DNA from: Mobula birostris
Taxonomy: Eukaryota
Length of the DNA stretch: 64,000 bases
NCBI RefSeq assembly: GCF_030028105.1
Contig: NC_092393.1
Coordinates: 34,263,248 to 34,327,247 of the forward strand
Reading direction: 5' to 3'
Shown piece after piece: positions 23,650 to 37,726 of the stretch. The position numbers were made by a program, and so were the translations under genes. Position 1 is the stretch's first letter. Every line of letters starts with the position of its first letter. A model generated the notes under the pieces. It worked only from the letters and a program-made list of their open reading frames with translations. It did no database searches and was not told the origin of the DNA.

Positions 23650-24380
23650 AGGATTGATGGAGTAGATTTACCAGTAGATGATGTAATATGAATGTAAGGA
23701 AGGACAACCCAATGATTGGATACAAATGCAAACAGAGCAAAGTGTTAAATTGTACCACAGAGGCAAAATTCATAAATGTGAAGAATGCAGGACTGAAGGT
23801 GCTGTATTTAAATTCATGTAGTATTCGGAATAAGTTGGATAAACTTGTGGCACAGTTGGAGATTGGTCACTATGATGTTGTGGGCATCAGTGTTGTAGTT
23901 GAAAGAAAATTATAGTTGGGAGCTTAATATACTTTGTATTGAAAAACCAGGCAGTAAGGCATAGGTGTTGGTGTGGCCGTGTTGCTAAGAGATGGAATTA
24001 CATCTATAGAAAGAGGTAAGATTGGGTCAGAGAATGTTGAATCGTTATGGGTGGAGTTCAGAAACTGCAAGAGTTTAAAAAAAAACATTATGGGAATCAT
24101 ATATAGGTCTCCAAATAGTAGCCAAGATGTGGGGTTGAGATTGCAAAGGGAGCTGGAAAGGGCATCCAATAAGGGTAATGTTACAATTGTAATGGGGGCC
24201 TTAAATATGCAAGGGGATTGGGAAAATCAGGTTGATGTCGGAACACAAGAGGTAATTTTGTTGATTGCTTATGAAGTAGCATTTTACAGTAGCTTGTGCT
24301 TGAGCCTACTTCGTAATTGGATGGCTCACATGCAGGAAAGGGAAGTAAAATTAGGTAATCAGGAACTTGATAAATGGTAG
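23650..24380 (+). mobile_element. CR1 ORF2 endonuclease fragment
   Basis: LKVLYLNSCSIRNKLDKL, VESLWVEFRN, IYRSPNS. Confidence 0.8.
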
Positions 24381-25518
24381 ATTGAAATCGAGGCTACATG
24401 GATACTTCTGTTTAAATTCTTCAGAAGCCATCTTAAGAAAAACTTACATTAGCTTTTTGTTAATGCTGTTAAATTCAATGTGTTCTGTCACTTTGGAGTT
24501 CAGACTTTACACTGGTCAATGGGACAAGTTTCTTTCTAGTTATTGATAGCAGAGATGCCTTGTTAACTCAAAGGAGAGACACTTCACACTTCATATAGCA
24601 AGAGGATTTCTCCATAATTGTGCACACCACCTGGACCTGTCAAGAAATAAGTTTTCCAACATTCTCAATGAACTGGGGGTGACAGTATTTATGTTTCAAA
24701 TGTTTTTAATATCGCCAAGAATCCATATGGTGATATTGCTACAGGTAGGCAGAATGAGATAAATTCAATACTGTATCAGTTTGACAGTGAAATTAACTCA
24801 CTGCAATTAATGGAGATTTATGTTTGTTGCTATGTTTGGTTTAAATGGAGTAAAATCTCTACTTCATTGTTTTCTAATCTAAAGTAGTATTTAAGTACTC
24901 TAGTTGTTAGAATAAGTTGTCATGAACTGATCCAGAGACTAACTTTGCTGCCTGTCTCAGCCCTGCGCCAGACACATTCTACATTTAGAATTCATTAAAC
25001 AAACTATCACAAATAATAAAACTGATTTTCTGACTGCTGAAGTTGGATCACAGTAGTAAAAGGTTGCATATGCCTCAGATTTGTAGTGCAACTCGTCATC
25101 TAATCTACGTGTATAAATGGTGCTCAGTCCCAACATGCCCAAGACCAGAAAAGGGGCAAGATTGATTACAAACTAGAGTTCTAATCAACTGGAGCATGTA
25201 ATCATTGCAGAGACTGTTCTGAATTCAGATACTCTGCTTCCATTTATTTAAATCATATTTTATTTATTAAGCCATAATTCCACTTCATTCATGTAACCAA
25301 GTCTTAACAGGAACTCTACAAAATTTGTTGCTTAGAAAACTATAATTGAAGATACATTTTGAATTTGCACTTTTAATTGAAATAGCCTTGGTTGATAGAG
25401 CAACTTTACTTTGAAAGATAAGATTTTGTTCCTTTAATATGACCCATGCAAGTAATTGGGGAATAGGGTGGTTGTGATGGAAATGACAATCCTCTTAACT
25501 ACAAAGACGGGAGCTACT

Positions 25519-25693
25519 TTAGATTACTGAGGTAATGTTACTCTTTAAACCAATAATCATCATGTGAACAGTGTGACTTCCAGGTAGAGCTGATCCAGCA
25601 AGATGTTCTTCATCTGCACTAAAAGTTTCTAGCTGAATGTGAATACACTTCAAGTTCCATTTGTACAGCAATGCTTCAATTGACCAATCAGCA
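25519..25693 (-). CDS. METTL23: METTL23 coding exon 5 (last)
   Basis: Acceptor TTTCCAG; (S)ADWSIEALLYKWNLKCIHIQLETFSADEEHLAGSALPGSHTVHMMIIGLKSNITSVI*; minus-strand AATAAA at 25263-25268. Confidence 0.94.
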
Positions 25694-26439
25694 CTGGAAA
25701 ATATTTCAAATATACAGAAAATTAAAAGTAATGCAAAACTGATTTTGTTTTAATATGATGATTAACAATATCAAGAAATGAAGAGTTGGGCAGAAATTGT
25801 AGATGAAATAATTCATATCTAGCTAGATATTGGAACAGTGGAAGTTGAGAATGGTTCTGCTAAGGAATCCAAAGAGTACAAAGGTACAGAAAGAAAAATA
25901 GAGATCACTGACCAAAAACAGAACAGCAAGAAAACAATGCAGAAATATTGAAAATCACAGGTTCACTTTGAGAAATTAAAATCAGTAAGTTACCTGAATT
26001 ACATTCACTTTTAAAGTGACATTCAAATTGCACTGCTTAGATAATTTATATAATTATGCAAAATAATTTACATTTCACAAATTGGAAAATCAAATATGGA
26101 CTGCATTAACTTCGGTTTAATTGTTTATGTTTAGATTTCCAAATTACAGCAACTAAATCACAAACTTATTCAAATCTGTGCAAGTATTAAACATTTTAAA
26201 TCTATACACCATGTCTTCAAAAAGGAAACAAGTCATGTTCTTTTCTCCTTTCCAGCTCACCCTCCACCTTAACCCCTACAACTCACATTCATCTCAACAG
26301 CCAAGCAATTTAAATCTTCAAGCTAAAAGCTGCATTATAATTGTCAATGAATATTGTGGAGAGTTTGTCTGGTTACGTTATAAAATCAATATTTATTTCT
26401 TTAGCTAATTGTATTGGATTTCAGTTCCTAGTTTTCTAC

Positions 26440-27250
26440 AGTTAAGTATTATTAAGCACTATAATGCAATGAAAGTTTTAGGTAGTGCAATGAAGTTACT
26501 AATGATAGGAATACTCCATTGGATAGTAACTTGGCTATAAGAAGTACAGAAGCTGATTAAGTACTTGGAGAAAAATGGGAAATGGAATATAATGTGAAGG
26601 TTTTAAATTGTTCCAAGTTGTTCAGATAATGGAAAAGGTTTTTTAAAGTTAAGATTATAATTTTGTTTAAAGATGCATTTACAAAACCAAAGAGGGATCA
26701 TAAAGTTGACTTTGCAGGAACATGAAACAATATTGCAAGTAATTGTTACCCATTTGTCTCCAAGGTCTTTAAGCAAGATGTCCTACTGTAAGTACCTTGG
26801 CACACCTGCAGTATTTTACATATTTTTCATCCCTACCCAGAGAAGAGACTCATTTGCTTCAAGGAAAAGTAACAAAGATTTATTAGGCCTAAGCTTAATA
26901 CCTTAGGCCTGTAAGGAAAGATTGAACAGAATGGGCCTTTATTCTATGAAATTGATTGGAATCGGGTGATCTTATTGAAATGAAACTGAGGACTTCATGA
27001 GGCTAGTGGCTAGTTAACCTAAAACTAAGATCATAGTACTGGGATGGGAATTTATTTCCATTGAAAAGATTAGAACTCTGAAATTCTGTATATGAGAGCC
27101 ATAACTGATGTCATTTGGGGGTAAAAAAGATAGGTATTGTTACAGTTTGGGGGATTAAGAAGAACATTCAAAGGGTGGGTAAGGAAGATGACTTTCGATG
27201 CAAGTGGAATTAATGCAGAAATTCAAAAAAGTTCTTATTGAATGCCAGAA
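26440..27250 (+). mobile_element. Highly decayed CR1 RT/3' fragment
   Basis: Remnants such as KWEMEYNV and E..NRMGLYSMK. Confidence 0.5.
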
Positions 27251-27685
27251 CAAACTTAAGCTGATATGAAAAAGCATTTTGAAATTAAGGACAGGGTCTA
27301 AAGTTGTAACTTCAAAAAAGTCCTTTATTTTCATAGGAATGTACATAAATCATACTTTGTATGCTATAAAAACAATAGAACAATGTCTTGTTCAAGGTTA
27401 ATTTTGGTGTATTCAAAAAAGAAAACTATGTAAATGCAAGTTCTTCCTGTTGGCTGTAGAATATTGGTGATCAAAAAGCAAAATTTCCCCAAGTCTCTTG
27501 ACACATAGCTGAGTACAAGGAAGAATAGTTTTAAGTATCAGTCAATAAATGAGAATTTCATGCAAATATGCTTTACTATGATTACAATTACACACTAAAT
27601 GCATTTAAAAAAATCATTTTTGGATCTAGTCGAAAATGAGCATCAAAAGTAAACTCAGCAGTTCAAACAAAAAGTAAAGATTTAC

Positions 27686-27770
27686 CTCCTTTCTTGATAG
27701 GTGGTCCAAAATAGTGCTTTTGGATTTTTTTGCATCAAGTAGAAAACAGTTGTCAATATATCCTCAAAGT
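27686..27770 (-). CDS. METTL23: METTL23 coding exon 4 (85 nt)
   Basis: AG/GT bounded; (D)FEDILTTVFYLMQKNPKALFWTTYQER(S). Confidence 0.95.
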
Positions 27771-28632
27771 CTGAAAGATCAATTTGAAGGGGAAATTTCA
27801 AAGCTTACACATTTTAATATTTGCTCACATTCAAAGCAATGAAAAGCTATATCTGGAAGCTTGGCAGTGAGTCTTGGTACAAAAATGTATTCATCATCTT
27901 AAAAGTTTCTCCTGTGCAAGTGAGAATAGTTACAAATCATAAAGCTCATTTCATTGGGTTTTACAATACAACTTCAACTGCACGTTTTGTGAATTAAGGC
28001 ATAAAAGCAAAATTCATTTTGACTGAAATATACTCCACTTATTCACCTCATACGTTAAAAATAAAAAAAAAGAGGTTCAGTTGCCAGTTGATTATATGAC
28101 ATCTACAATTGAAAAATTGTCAACTTCCTTTTCAGTCATGTTCACTCTTCTCGTATTTACTACCATTGCAACAGGAAAACTATATTTTGTCACCCAGACC
28201 CAGGCTGCCATTTTTCAGTGATCCAAACTTGTATCAAGACCAAGCTATTCTGTTTTAGAATACACAGCAAGGTAAATAGGTCCTAGAAGTCAAAGAAGAC
28301 GATGGGAAGAAGTTATCAAAGATTATTTTATTGCAATTCAGTTGATAGAGCAATGTCATACCGTTCATTTCATTTCAGTCAGTTTATTGTTCCTTTGGCA
28401 TCTATTTCATTATTTTCCTTCTAAAGTATTCAAGAATGCTTTTATTTGGAAGTCATTGCAGTTTGTTTTGAAGTTTAAGCTCATCTGACTGAAATCATAA
28501 TCTTGTTGAATCTAACTAAAGCCCATATTATGGGCAGTGTTTTCTCTGTTAATTATCAGCAATTAAAGTAAGTTTTACAATACTCCTGGAAAAAGAAAGC
28601 ATATAATAGATTTTGTCAATTTCAATCTTTAC

Positions 28633-28870
28633 CTTCAGGTTCATAGAACACATCAGATCCTAGAATAATGTCTATTTGTGGCAACTGCACCAGATCAGGA
28701 GATATTTGTCCCCAGGTTAGACCAATGACAGGCACATCTTCAAGATTGTTGATCTGGCAGCTTCGCCGACAGTTATCCAAGCAATTCTGAAACACTGCAC
28801 AGTCTGATAAAATTACACTGGCACCACATTTTGCTGCGACAATACCGGGTAAGCTTGCACCAGCTCCAAT
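28633..28870 (-). CDS. METTL23: METTL23 coding exon 3 (238 nt), SAM-binding motif I
   Basis: AG/GT bounded; IGAGASLPGIVAAKCGASVILSD...GLTWGQISPDL..IILGSDVFYEPE. Confidence 0.96.
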
Positions 28871-29003
28871 CTAGTTGGGGGAATGAATGATAGAAAATAT
28901 TAGAATCATAAAGAGACATGCAGCAGGTAAAGAAGCCCTTTTGTCCATTATCCATTCCAACCAAGATGCCCATCTGCAAATCCCATTTTCCTGCATTTGA
29001 CCC

Positions 29004-31750
29004 ATATTATGTTTTGTAACTCCAGAAAATGTGCAAAAATTTACAAAAAAACATAAGTCCAGGGATACTCATGGAATTAAATTTTACTACAGTGCAGTGC
29101 TCATATATGACGTATGCCAAATAAAGTACTTGTACATATAATCTGTAATGAATTACATAAATGACAGAATGCTTAATCAATAGTTACAATATTACTATAA
29201 TAGTAAATACACTATACTCCCTGTTTAGCTACAAATAGAATGTATCTCAACTCAATTATATATTGCTCTCTAGTATTTCCATGATTAGTTGTCATCTTGA
29301 ATTCGATCTTGTAATTGTGTCCTCCAAGAAAGTGCCCATCTCTGCATTTGTGCTGCTGCTGTTAGTGGAACACCCTTCTGTGGATTGAAAATGGACACCA
29401 GTGGTTGATGAGGGTAAACTGTCTCCCATACAAGTACTGGTTGAAGCATTTTGCACCCCAAACCAGACTCACGGCCTGTCAATCTGCATAATTTTTCCCT
29501 GCAGCAGTAGGGAATGTGATGCAAAGGCTATGGATTTTTTTTACTTCCATCACTCATAACGTGAAATAACTGTACCAATACTATAAGACAAGGTGTCACA
29601 GGCAAGCTTCACTGGACGATGTGGATCCTGATATGAGTAGAGTGACATCATTTTCTTTGCCTTTTGGAAAGTCACCTCACACCGCTTTGTCCGTTGCCAT
29701 TTCTTCCCGATCTGTAATAATGGGGTGGAGCACAGCAGCCAGGTTTGGCAGGAACCTATTTTAGTAATTGACAAATCCTAAAAATGACCGCAACTGTGGC
29801 ATGTCCTTTGGTCTTGGGGAATCCACTACTGCTTGAATTTTCTCAGCACACTTGTGTAATTCTTGTGCGTCAATCATGTGACCACAGAAATTAATGCTGG
29901 ATTTAAAGAATTCACACTTGCCATGTTGTACTCTGAGCCCAAGATGATCTGTTCTTTTTCACACTGTCTTGAGATTTTGGGGGATGCTCCTTTGCATCCT
30001 TACTGGTAACAATGATGTCATCCACATAACACCGAGTGTCTGGGCAGCATTGTAGTCCCTGATCTGTAGCTTTCTGTCAGAGTGTAGGTGCAGATGCTAC
30101 TCCAAAAATAAGCCTACTATAGTGATAAAGCCCTTTGTGAGTGTTTATTGTGAGAAACACTTTGGACTCTTCTTCCACCTCCATTTGTAAGTAGGCCTCA
30201 GCTAAGTCCACTTTACTGAAAAGTTTACAAATATACCCTCTATCCTGAGCAGAGGATAGGATATTGAAGTACTGAGTTGATGGTAACATTAAATTCACCA
30301 CAGACCATGATGGACCCATTCTTCTTGACTACTGGGAGCACTAACATTGTTTCTACTCAACCTCGGAAAGAATTTCTTCAGCCTCCATGCAATCTAGCTC
30401 ACTGTCTACTTTATCACAGATGGTATAAAGAACCTTACGGGCTTTGTTAATCTTTGGTGTGACATCTTCATTTAATACTATTTTACATTTGATATGTTTA
30501 AATTTCCCAATGCCATCTTTGAACACTGCTGTGGCATCATACAGTACCTTCCTTAATTTGCTTTCAATTGACTATTGCAAGCAATTTGCAATGCAAATGG
30601 TGGATGGATCTCTTATCAAATTGTAGTTGTCTCAGCCAATCATAGCCTCAGTGATGGCCCGCCTCTTTCTACCACATTCAAGCCCAAATTTGGCTTCTTG
30701 TATTTCACTGTTACGAATGTGATTCCTACAGGAGTTAACTTTGTTCTTAATTAGATACCTGCAGGCTTCTGGTCTTTATCTTTGAAATGCCGTTCAAACT
30801 CATTTTGTGAAGTAGCTGAAACAGCAGAGCCAGAGTCCCAATTCCATTTTTATTAATTTGCTGTTCACTTCTGGCATAAACCATATTGCTCATCTCATGT
30901 TAGCTTTCATGTTGTAAATCTTGAATTTGTTTTAATTTTCATTCAACCATAAATGAATATCCATGAATACAGCCAAATGAAACAGCATTACTCTGAAGCC
31001 AAGGTGCAAAAACACAGAACCAACAGTCATACACAGCACAAGGCACATAAGATAGCAAGAACTTAAGATTGGTAAAATACAGTCACATATCTAGCTCAAG
31101 ATCCCAAGTCCATGAATGTTCAGCAGTCTGCAGTCAAACGAACACTGGAGGCAGCACACTGCCCTCAGCACTCTGCTGGAGCACACTGACTCCAGGGCTT
31201 CTTTCCTAGGCATCTGTAAACAGGCGACACCATAGCTTTCCAATCCTGTGTCCCTCTCATCATTTTCAGACATTTCATCAACAGCATGGCAATTAGTTCT
31301 CTTTTTGAAACTGCAAATTTATTTTTAATGTTTATCTCTTCCCTGTGCAGTCCACTAATTTTACATGCCTGACATGCTTTTTGTACGTGTCCTACTTTGT
31401 TGCATTCTCTGCAAGTTTCGCCTTTAAACCTGCATTGGTTTGGTGTATGTGAGCCCCTGCCACAACAGTAACACAATTTGGCCAGGCAGATTTCTGTTTA
31501 GACATTGCTGTTTTGTTCACGCTCATTTTCATTCCTAATTGCCTCTCTGCTGTTTCCATTCATACAGCGATTTCAGTTGTGCTTCAGATGTTTTTAAATG
31601 TTTTCTTGTAAGATTCTGCAAATTAAATGATCTCTCAGTGCATCATTAAGCCTATCACTGAAATGACAGTGCTTGGATAGTTTCTTCAATTCAGCCATAT
31701 AAGCTGAAATAGACTCCCCTTCCTTTTGATATCAGCAAAGCTCATAAATT
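29004..31750 (-). mobile_element. Ty3/Gypsy (Mag-like) LTR retrotransposon remnant with 3' LTR at ~29004-29215
   Basis: Double Cys/His knuckle CYCCGRGSHTPNQC..CRECNKVGHVQKAC; RT FSKVDLAEAYLQM..FGVASAP and YVDDII; RNase H PVKLACD; LTR similar to 54862-55098; unrelated insert at ~30920-31240. Confidence 0.88.
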
Positions 31751-31779
31751 CTGTGACTGTACTTGCCTGTACCACCACC

Positions 31780-33000
31780 TCTCACAACTTCCATATACCC
31801 ACCACCCTCAATGTGAAAGACCCGCTCCTCAGATCTGTGAATATTTTCACTCTCACCTTATACTGTACCTATGCCATTGAATGTTGAACCCCTTTCCCCT
31901 TGGATATAAACCTTCATAAGGTTTCCTCTCAGCCTTCTGATCTCAACTGAGAACAAAGTTGACTTCAAGTTAGAGCCCTCCTTTCCAGGCAACATCCTGG
32001 TGCATCTACTTCTGCACTTTTTCTAGTATTACCACATCCTTCCAATGCTGAGCAGAATTGCACAAAATATTCCAAGTGTGGTCGAACATTTGTCTTGTAC
32101 AGCTGCAATGTGATGTCTCAACTCTTGTACTCTATATCCCTGCCACATCACTACTCTATCCATCTGTGTCAGTCTTCAGCTAACTATAAACTTGCCACCA
32201 CAGATCTCACCGGTACAATGTTAAGGTCCCTGCTATTTACTGTATATGTCTGGACAGCATTAGAAGACCAAAATGTATTGCCTCACACTTGTCTGAACGA
32301 AATGCCATCTGACACCACCTCACCCAGCTTTCCAACTAATTTATGTCCCATATTCTTCAGCAACCACAACTCCATCAATTTAGGTGTCATTAGCAAACTA
32401 ATCAAACCAGATATTCTCATCCAAATCAATTAATAGATGAAGAAGAAAGATCCTAGCAGTACATGTTAGCAGTATATTTTACTTACCATCACCCAATATC
32501 GGTGTACATTTCTCCTAATTCCATCCTCCCCCTTTGTGAATGCTGACATAAAGTATTCATTCAGCACACCACACATTTTCCCTGACTCCACACAAAAGAC
32601 TATCCTTTTCATCCACGAGGGACCTACTCATTAGCTATTCCCTTGTTTCTCATACTTTCATAAAGTGTTCTGAAATCTCTAATTTTGTTGGCCAGGGCAT
32701 TTCAAAATCCACATTTGCCCTTGTATCTCCTACAGTACATCTTCTATAAAGCATTAAGAGGACTCATTGGATAACAATTTCCTATATTTGACATACATTT
32801 CCTTCTTCCTGATCACCTCAATTTCTTTTGTTAATTAAGGTTCTCTCATCTTACCCCCTTTGCTTCTTACAGGGACGCACTGACCTTGAACTCACACTAC
32901 TTCGCTTTTAAATGCTTGTACTTATTGGATTTTGTTTTTCCCTTTGCTGGTTCAGTCTCACACCATTGAAGTCAGCCTTCCCCCATTTTAACTGCTTCCA
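31780..33000 (-). mobile_element. Old CR1 LINE remnant
   Basis: RPHLEYFVQFCS-like at ~32045-32085; CR1-like 3' region. Confidence 0.6.
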
Positions 33001-33090
33001 TGACCCACCAACAAGGCTGCAAGGCTCTTTGCATGAATAATTTCTTATTTGTAAATTAAATTTAAAAAATCAGCCAATAAGCAAAGGATT

Positions 33091-34203
33091 ATCAGATTTA
33101 TTATTACTGGCATGTGACGTGAAATTTGTTAACAGCAGCAGCAGTTCCATGCAATACATAGTAAAGAGAAAAAAATAAATAATAATAAATCAATTACAGT
33201 ATACATATTGAATAGATTATAAAAACATGCAAATAACAGAAATACTGTATATGAAGAGAAAGTGGATAATGCTCAATGTGCACTTAGGAATCAGATGGCA
33301 GAGGGGAAGAAGCTGTACTTGAATTGCTGAGTGTGTGCCTGCAGGCTTCTGTACCTCCGACCTGATGGTAACAGTGAGAAAAGGGTATGCCATGGGTGCT
33401 GGAGGTCCTTAATAATGGACGCTGCTTTTCTGAGACACCGCTCCCTGAAGATGTCCTGGGTACTTTGTAGACTGGTACCCAAGATGGAGCTGACTAGATT
33501 TACAACCCTCTGCAGCTTCTTTTCATACTGTGCAGTAGCCCCCCCCCCATACCAGACAGTGATGCAGCCTGTCAGAATGCTCTCCACAGTACATCTATAG
33601 AAGTTATTGAGTGTATTTGTTGACATGCCAAATCTCTTCAAACTCCTAATAACGTATAGCCACTGTCTTGCCTTCTTTATAACTACATCGATATGTTGGG
33701 ACCAAGTTAGATTCTCAAGAGATCTTGACACCCAGGAACTTGAAGCTGCTCACTTTCTCCACTTCTGATAGCTCTATGAGGATTGCTATGTGTTCCTTCA
33801 TCTTACCCTTTCTAAAGTCCACAATCAGCTCTTTTGTCTTACTGATGTTGTTGCGGCACCACTCTACTAGTTGGCATATTTTACTCCTGTATGCCCTCTC
33901 ATCACCATCTGATATTCCATCAACAATGATATTTGAGCTGTGCCTAGCCACACAGTCAGGTATATATAGAGAGTAGAGCAGTGGGCTAAGCGCACACCCC
34001 CGAGGTGCGCCAGTGTTGATCATCAGTGAGGAGGAGATGTTATTACCAATCCGCACAGATTGTGGTCTTCTGGTTAGGAAGTCGAGGATCCAATTGCAGA
34101 GGGAGGTACAGAGGCCCAGGTTCTGCAATTTCTCAATCAGGATTGTGGGAATGATGGTATTAAATGCTGAGCTATAGTCGATAAACATCCTGACATAGGT
34201 GTA
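33091..34203 (-). mobile_element. Rex1/Babar LINE RT and 3' end
   Basis: [61 protein letters not shown]. Confidence 0.9.
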
Positions 34204-34571
34204 TAATAAAGTAAAAATAAAACTATAATGGAAATAAACCAAACCATATAAAATTTAACAAATTTAAAAATTTAGTAATAATTTTAAATAATCAACCATC
34301 TTATACTTTTTGACTTCCTGAACTGATTCATAAGCAGCCATTTTTAGCAGAAACCTCAAAATTACTCAGTTTCGTTATTTTTTTTCTTAAGAAACTTAGA
34401 TTTTAACAGGGGCACATGATGTAATATCAATTATATATTAGGAACGTAGCTAATTCAACAAATGAGGTTATTCATATGAACAAAAAATTTGTAGGATTAT
34501 CAAAGTAAATTTGCAATTTTTCCATGTAGAAATAGTTAAGGTTTCAGGATTTTTGATTTATCTGTTTTTAC

Positions 34572-34676
34572 CTCTAATATGGTCTTTCCTTTGACCTCGC
34601 TTTTGTTAAACCACACGTATTGCGCCAGAACCACTGAACATGGCCATATGTACAAGCCATATTGAGGATCGAGTAC
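34572..34676 (-). CDS. METTL23: METTL23 coding exon 2 (105 nt)
   Basis: AG/GT bounded; VLDPQYGLYIWPCSVVLAQYVWFNKSEVKGKTILE (human MYVWPCAVVLAQYLW). Confidence 0.95.
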
Positions 34677-34872
34677 CTGAAGATACAAATCATCACATTT
34701 ATATCACACCTTTAAGGAGACAATATACAAAGACAACTTACAGGTGCATTGATCAGCCAAATTTGACAACCCAGAGGAACGGATTAAAACAAGCAACTAC
34801 TTTGTTAAAACAACACACATCAAAGTTGCTGGTGAATGCAGCAGGCCAGGCAGCATCTCTAGGAAGAGGTAC

Positions 34873-34908
34873 AGTCGACGTTTCAGGCCGAGACCCTTCG
34901 TCAGGACT
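34873..34908 (-). ncRNA. Minimal type I hammerhead ribozyme motif, intact core
   Basis: Minus strand AGUC-CUGACGA-AGG GUCUCGG CCU-GAAA-C-GUC^GACU: stem I AGUC/GACU, stem II AGG/CCU, palindromic ACGU stem III, GUC triplet. Confidence 0.8.
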
Positions 34909-35589
34909 AACTGAAGGAAGAGTTAGTAAGAAATTTGAAAGTGGGAGGGGGAGGGGGAGATCTGAAATGGTAGGAGAAGACAGAGGGAGGGATGGAGCCT
35001 TCTGTCCCATGATCCTCTCATATCCCCTTTGCCAATCACCTGTCCAGCTCTTGGCTCCATCCCTCCAAAATGCTGAAGGAAACTCAGCAAGTCAGGCAGC
35101 ACCTTTGGAAAAAAAATCAATGTTTCAGGCTGAGGCCCTTCATCAAGACTGGAAAGAAAAAGGAAAAAAGCCAGAATAAGAAGGTGGGAGGAGAGGAAGG
35201 TGATAGGTGAAACCAGGAGAATGGGGGAGTGGGGATGAAGTGAGAAGTTGTAAGGCAATAGATGGAAAAGATAAAGGGCTGAAGAACTCTGATAAGAGAG
35301 CGCAGAATGGATTATAAGGAAGGAGGAGGGACACCAGGGGATGCTGTTAGGAAAGAGATGAGAGCAAAGGGGTAAGAGTGGGGAATGGAAGAAGATGGAA
35401 CAGGGAGGATGAAAAATTATCACAAGATAGAGAAATCGATGTTGATGTCATCATGTTGGAGGCTACCCAGTCGGAATATGAAGTGTTGCTCCACCAAACT
35501 ACGAGTGGCCTCATCGCATCAGTAGAGGTGGCCATGGAGTGACACTTTGGAATGGAAATGGGGATTGGAATTAAAATGGCTGGCCACTG

Positions 35590-36265
35590 GGGAATTCTGC
35601 TTGCTGTAGGTGGAGTGAAGAATCTCCCTGCAGCATCTCGTGACCCTGTGATCTCTGTCTTGGAAGCCATTAGAACATTTTTCAAGAGGGCGAACTCTCG
35701 CAAGGCATCAGGACCTCATGATGTAACTGGTAGGGTACTAAAAACCTATGTCAATCAATTGGTGGGAGTGTTCAAGGACATCTTCAATTTTTCACTGCTG
35801 CCTTTGGAGATTCTCACCTGCTTCAAAAGGGTGACTATCCTACCAATGTCCAAGTAGAGCAGGGTGAGCTGCCTTAAAGTCTATTGCCCAGTAGCACTCC
35901 ATCCACCGTGAAGAGGTGCTTTGAGACTACGGTCATGGCTAGAATCAACTCCTGCCTAAGCAAGGTTCATCATCTGGTATGAAGGACCCACTGCACAGGA
36001 TGGGCAAAAACTGCTAGGTTGTAAACTCAGCCAGCTCCATCATGGGCACTAGACTCCCTAGCATCCAGACCACCACCTAAAGTTGATGCCTCAGAAAGGC
36101 AGCATCCATCATTAAGGAACCCCATCACCCAGGGCACACCCTCTTCTCATTGTTACCATCAAGGAAGAGCCTGAAGACACACACACATTTCAGGAATAAC
36201 TTCTTCCCCTTTGCCATCAAATTTCTGAATGAACAATGAACCCATGAATACCACCTCAGTATTTT
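35590..36265 (+). mobile_element. Internally deleted Rex1/Babar fragment
   Basis: RKASGPHDVTGRVLK..VFKDIFNFSL..CFKRVTILP joined to the 3'-end region. Confidence 0.75.
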
Positions 36266-37137
36266 ATCTACATCAGGTTTCATCAATGCAGAGGAAGCTG
36301 CAAAAGGAGCAGTGGATACAGTAGACGATCCCAAAATTTTTCAGGTGTAGCAGTGCCTCACCTGGAAGGACTGTTTGGGGCTCTTAATGGAGGTGAGGGA
36401 GGTAGTGAACGGGCAGGTGTAGCACTTCTTCTGTTTGCAGGGTTAAATGGTAGGAGAGAGTATAGTGGAGTGACAAATAGAAAAGCGAATCGTGGAAGGA
36501 GTGGTCCCTGTGGAATACAGAGAGTAGGGATGAGGTAAAGTTGTGCTTGGTGGTCAGATCCCATTGAAGATAACATTAAGTTTTGGAGAAAGATGTGCTG
36601 GATGTGGAAGCTCCTTCGGTGGTGGGTATGGACAAGAAGTCTATCCCTATTAAGGCAGGGGGAAGATGGAGTAAGGGCAGGTGTCTGGGAAATGGAGAAG
36701 ATGCAGGTAAGGAATAATGGAGGAAGGGAAACTGCATTCTTTAAAGGAGGATATCTCTGATGATCTGGAAAGGAAAGCCTCGTCGTAGAAAAGGGAATGG
36801 CAGTTTTACAGGTGACAGGATGGGAAGTATAATCAAGATAGCTGTGAAAGCTGGTAAATTTATAAAAGATATTGGTAGACAGTTTGTCCCCAGAGACGGA
36901 GACGGAAACTGAGAAAGGGTAGAGAGGCATCAGAATGGATCAAATCCTAAGTTCTAGATCTCATGCTAGCTGAAGGTACGATTTTCAATCTTGGAACGAA
37001 ACAAAAAGGCAGGCACTGGTCATTGAGATGTGGTCAGGGCAAAATTTGGAGTTTATAAAGAATTGGGAAAAAATGGAGGAGGATAGGGAAAGAATGTCAC
37101 TGTGGGTATGGATATGGCAAGGGAAAACGTGCAAAAG

Positions 37138-37540
37138 GGATTCAAATTTATTTATCACATGCATGTTGGAACAAACAGTGAAATGCACTGTTTGTGTTAA
37201 CAACCAACACATTTATGGATGTGCTGGGGCCACCTGCAAGTGTCACCATAGCATGTTCACGATGCTCAGCAAAAAAAACAGCAGCAACAAAACATCACAA
37301 CAGCAAAATAATCCCCTTTCTCATCTTCCTAATTACCCACCCACTCTTGAACACAGAGAGACCTCTAACCCCAGGAAAGGCTGCCACTGTGCGTCCTCTC
37401 TTGGCCCTAGACTCCCAAGACACTGTACCTCCAACCTCCAGCCCCTGGCCCAGACTCTCAGACTTCTGATTACCCCAGGACTCATTGATCCTTCGAACCT
37501 CAGGCCTCATCCCCAGTACTTGCTGATCACAGGAATTTGA
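37138..37540 (-). mobile_element. Non-coding interspersed repeat (non-autonomous retroelement-like)
   Basis: Head TTTATTTATCACATGC..AACAGTGAAATG resembles 50810-50850; minus strand ends AATAAATTTGAA. Confidence 0.45.
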
Positions 37541-37726
37541 CTGGTTCATTCTTACTGCACTCATCTAAAATTTTCTTTCTCCTTCATTTAACTTTAGTGT
37601 TACAGTCACATTTGTTCATCAACAATGTATAGATTTGAGAGATTCGACAAGATTCATTCCAAAAACAGATTTGACAGAAATAGTAAACAACAGGAATTCT
37701 GCAGATGCTGGAGATTCAAGCAACAC

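Larger units (their letters stand above)
34808..36950 (-). mobile_element. Penelope-like element cluster with tandem terminal repeats, interrupted by Rex1
   Basis: Young terminal repeat 34808-34995, older repeat ~35065-35160; C-terminal ORF remnants (STNIFYK..HSYLDYTSHP..KTAIPFS). Confidence 0.8.

Noticed and set aside
35115-35150. Active hammerhead
   Set aside because: UUGAUGA (C3U) and GAAACAUU; probably dead, noted only as a relic
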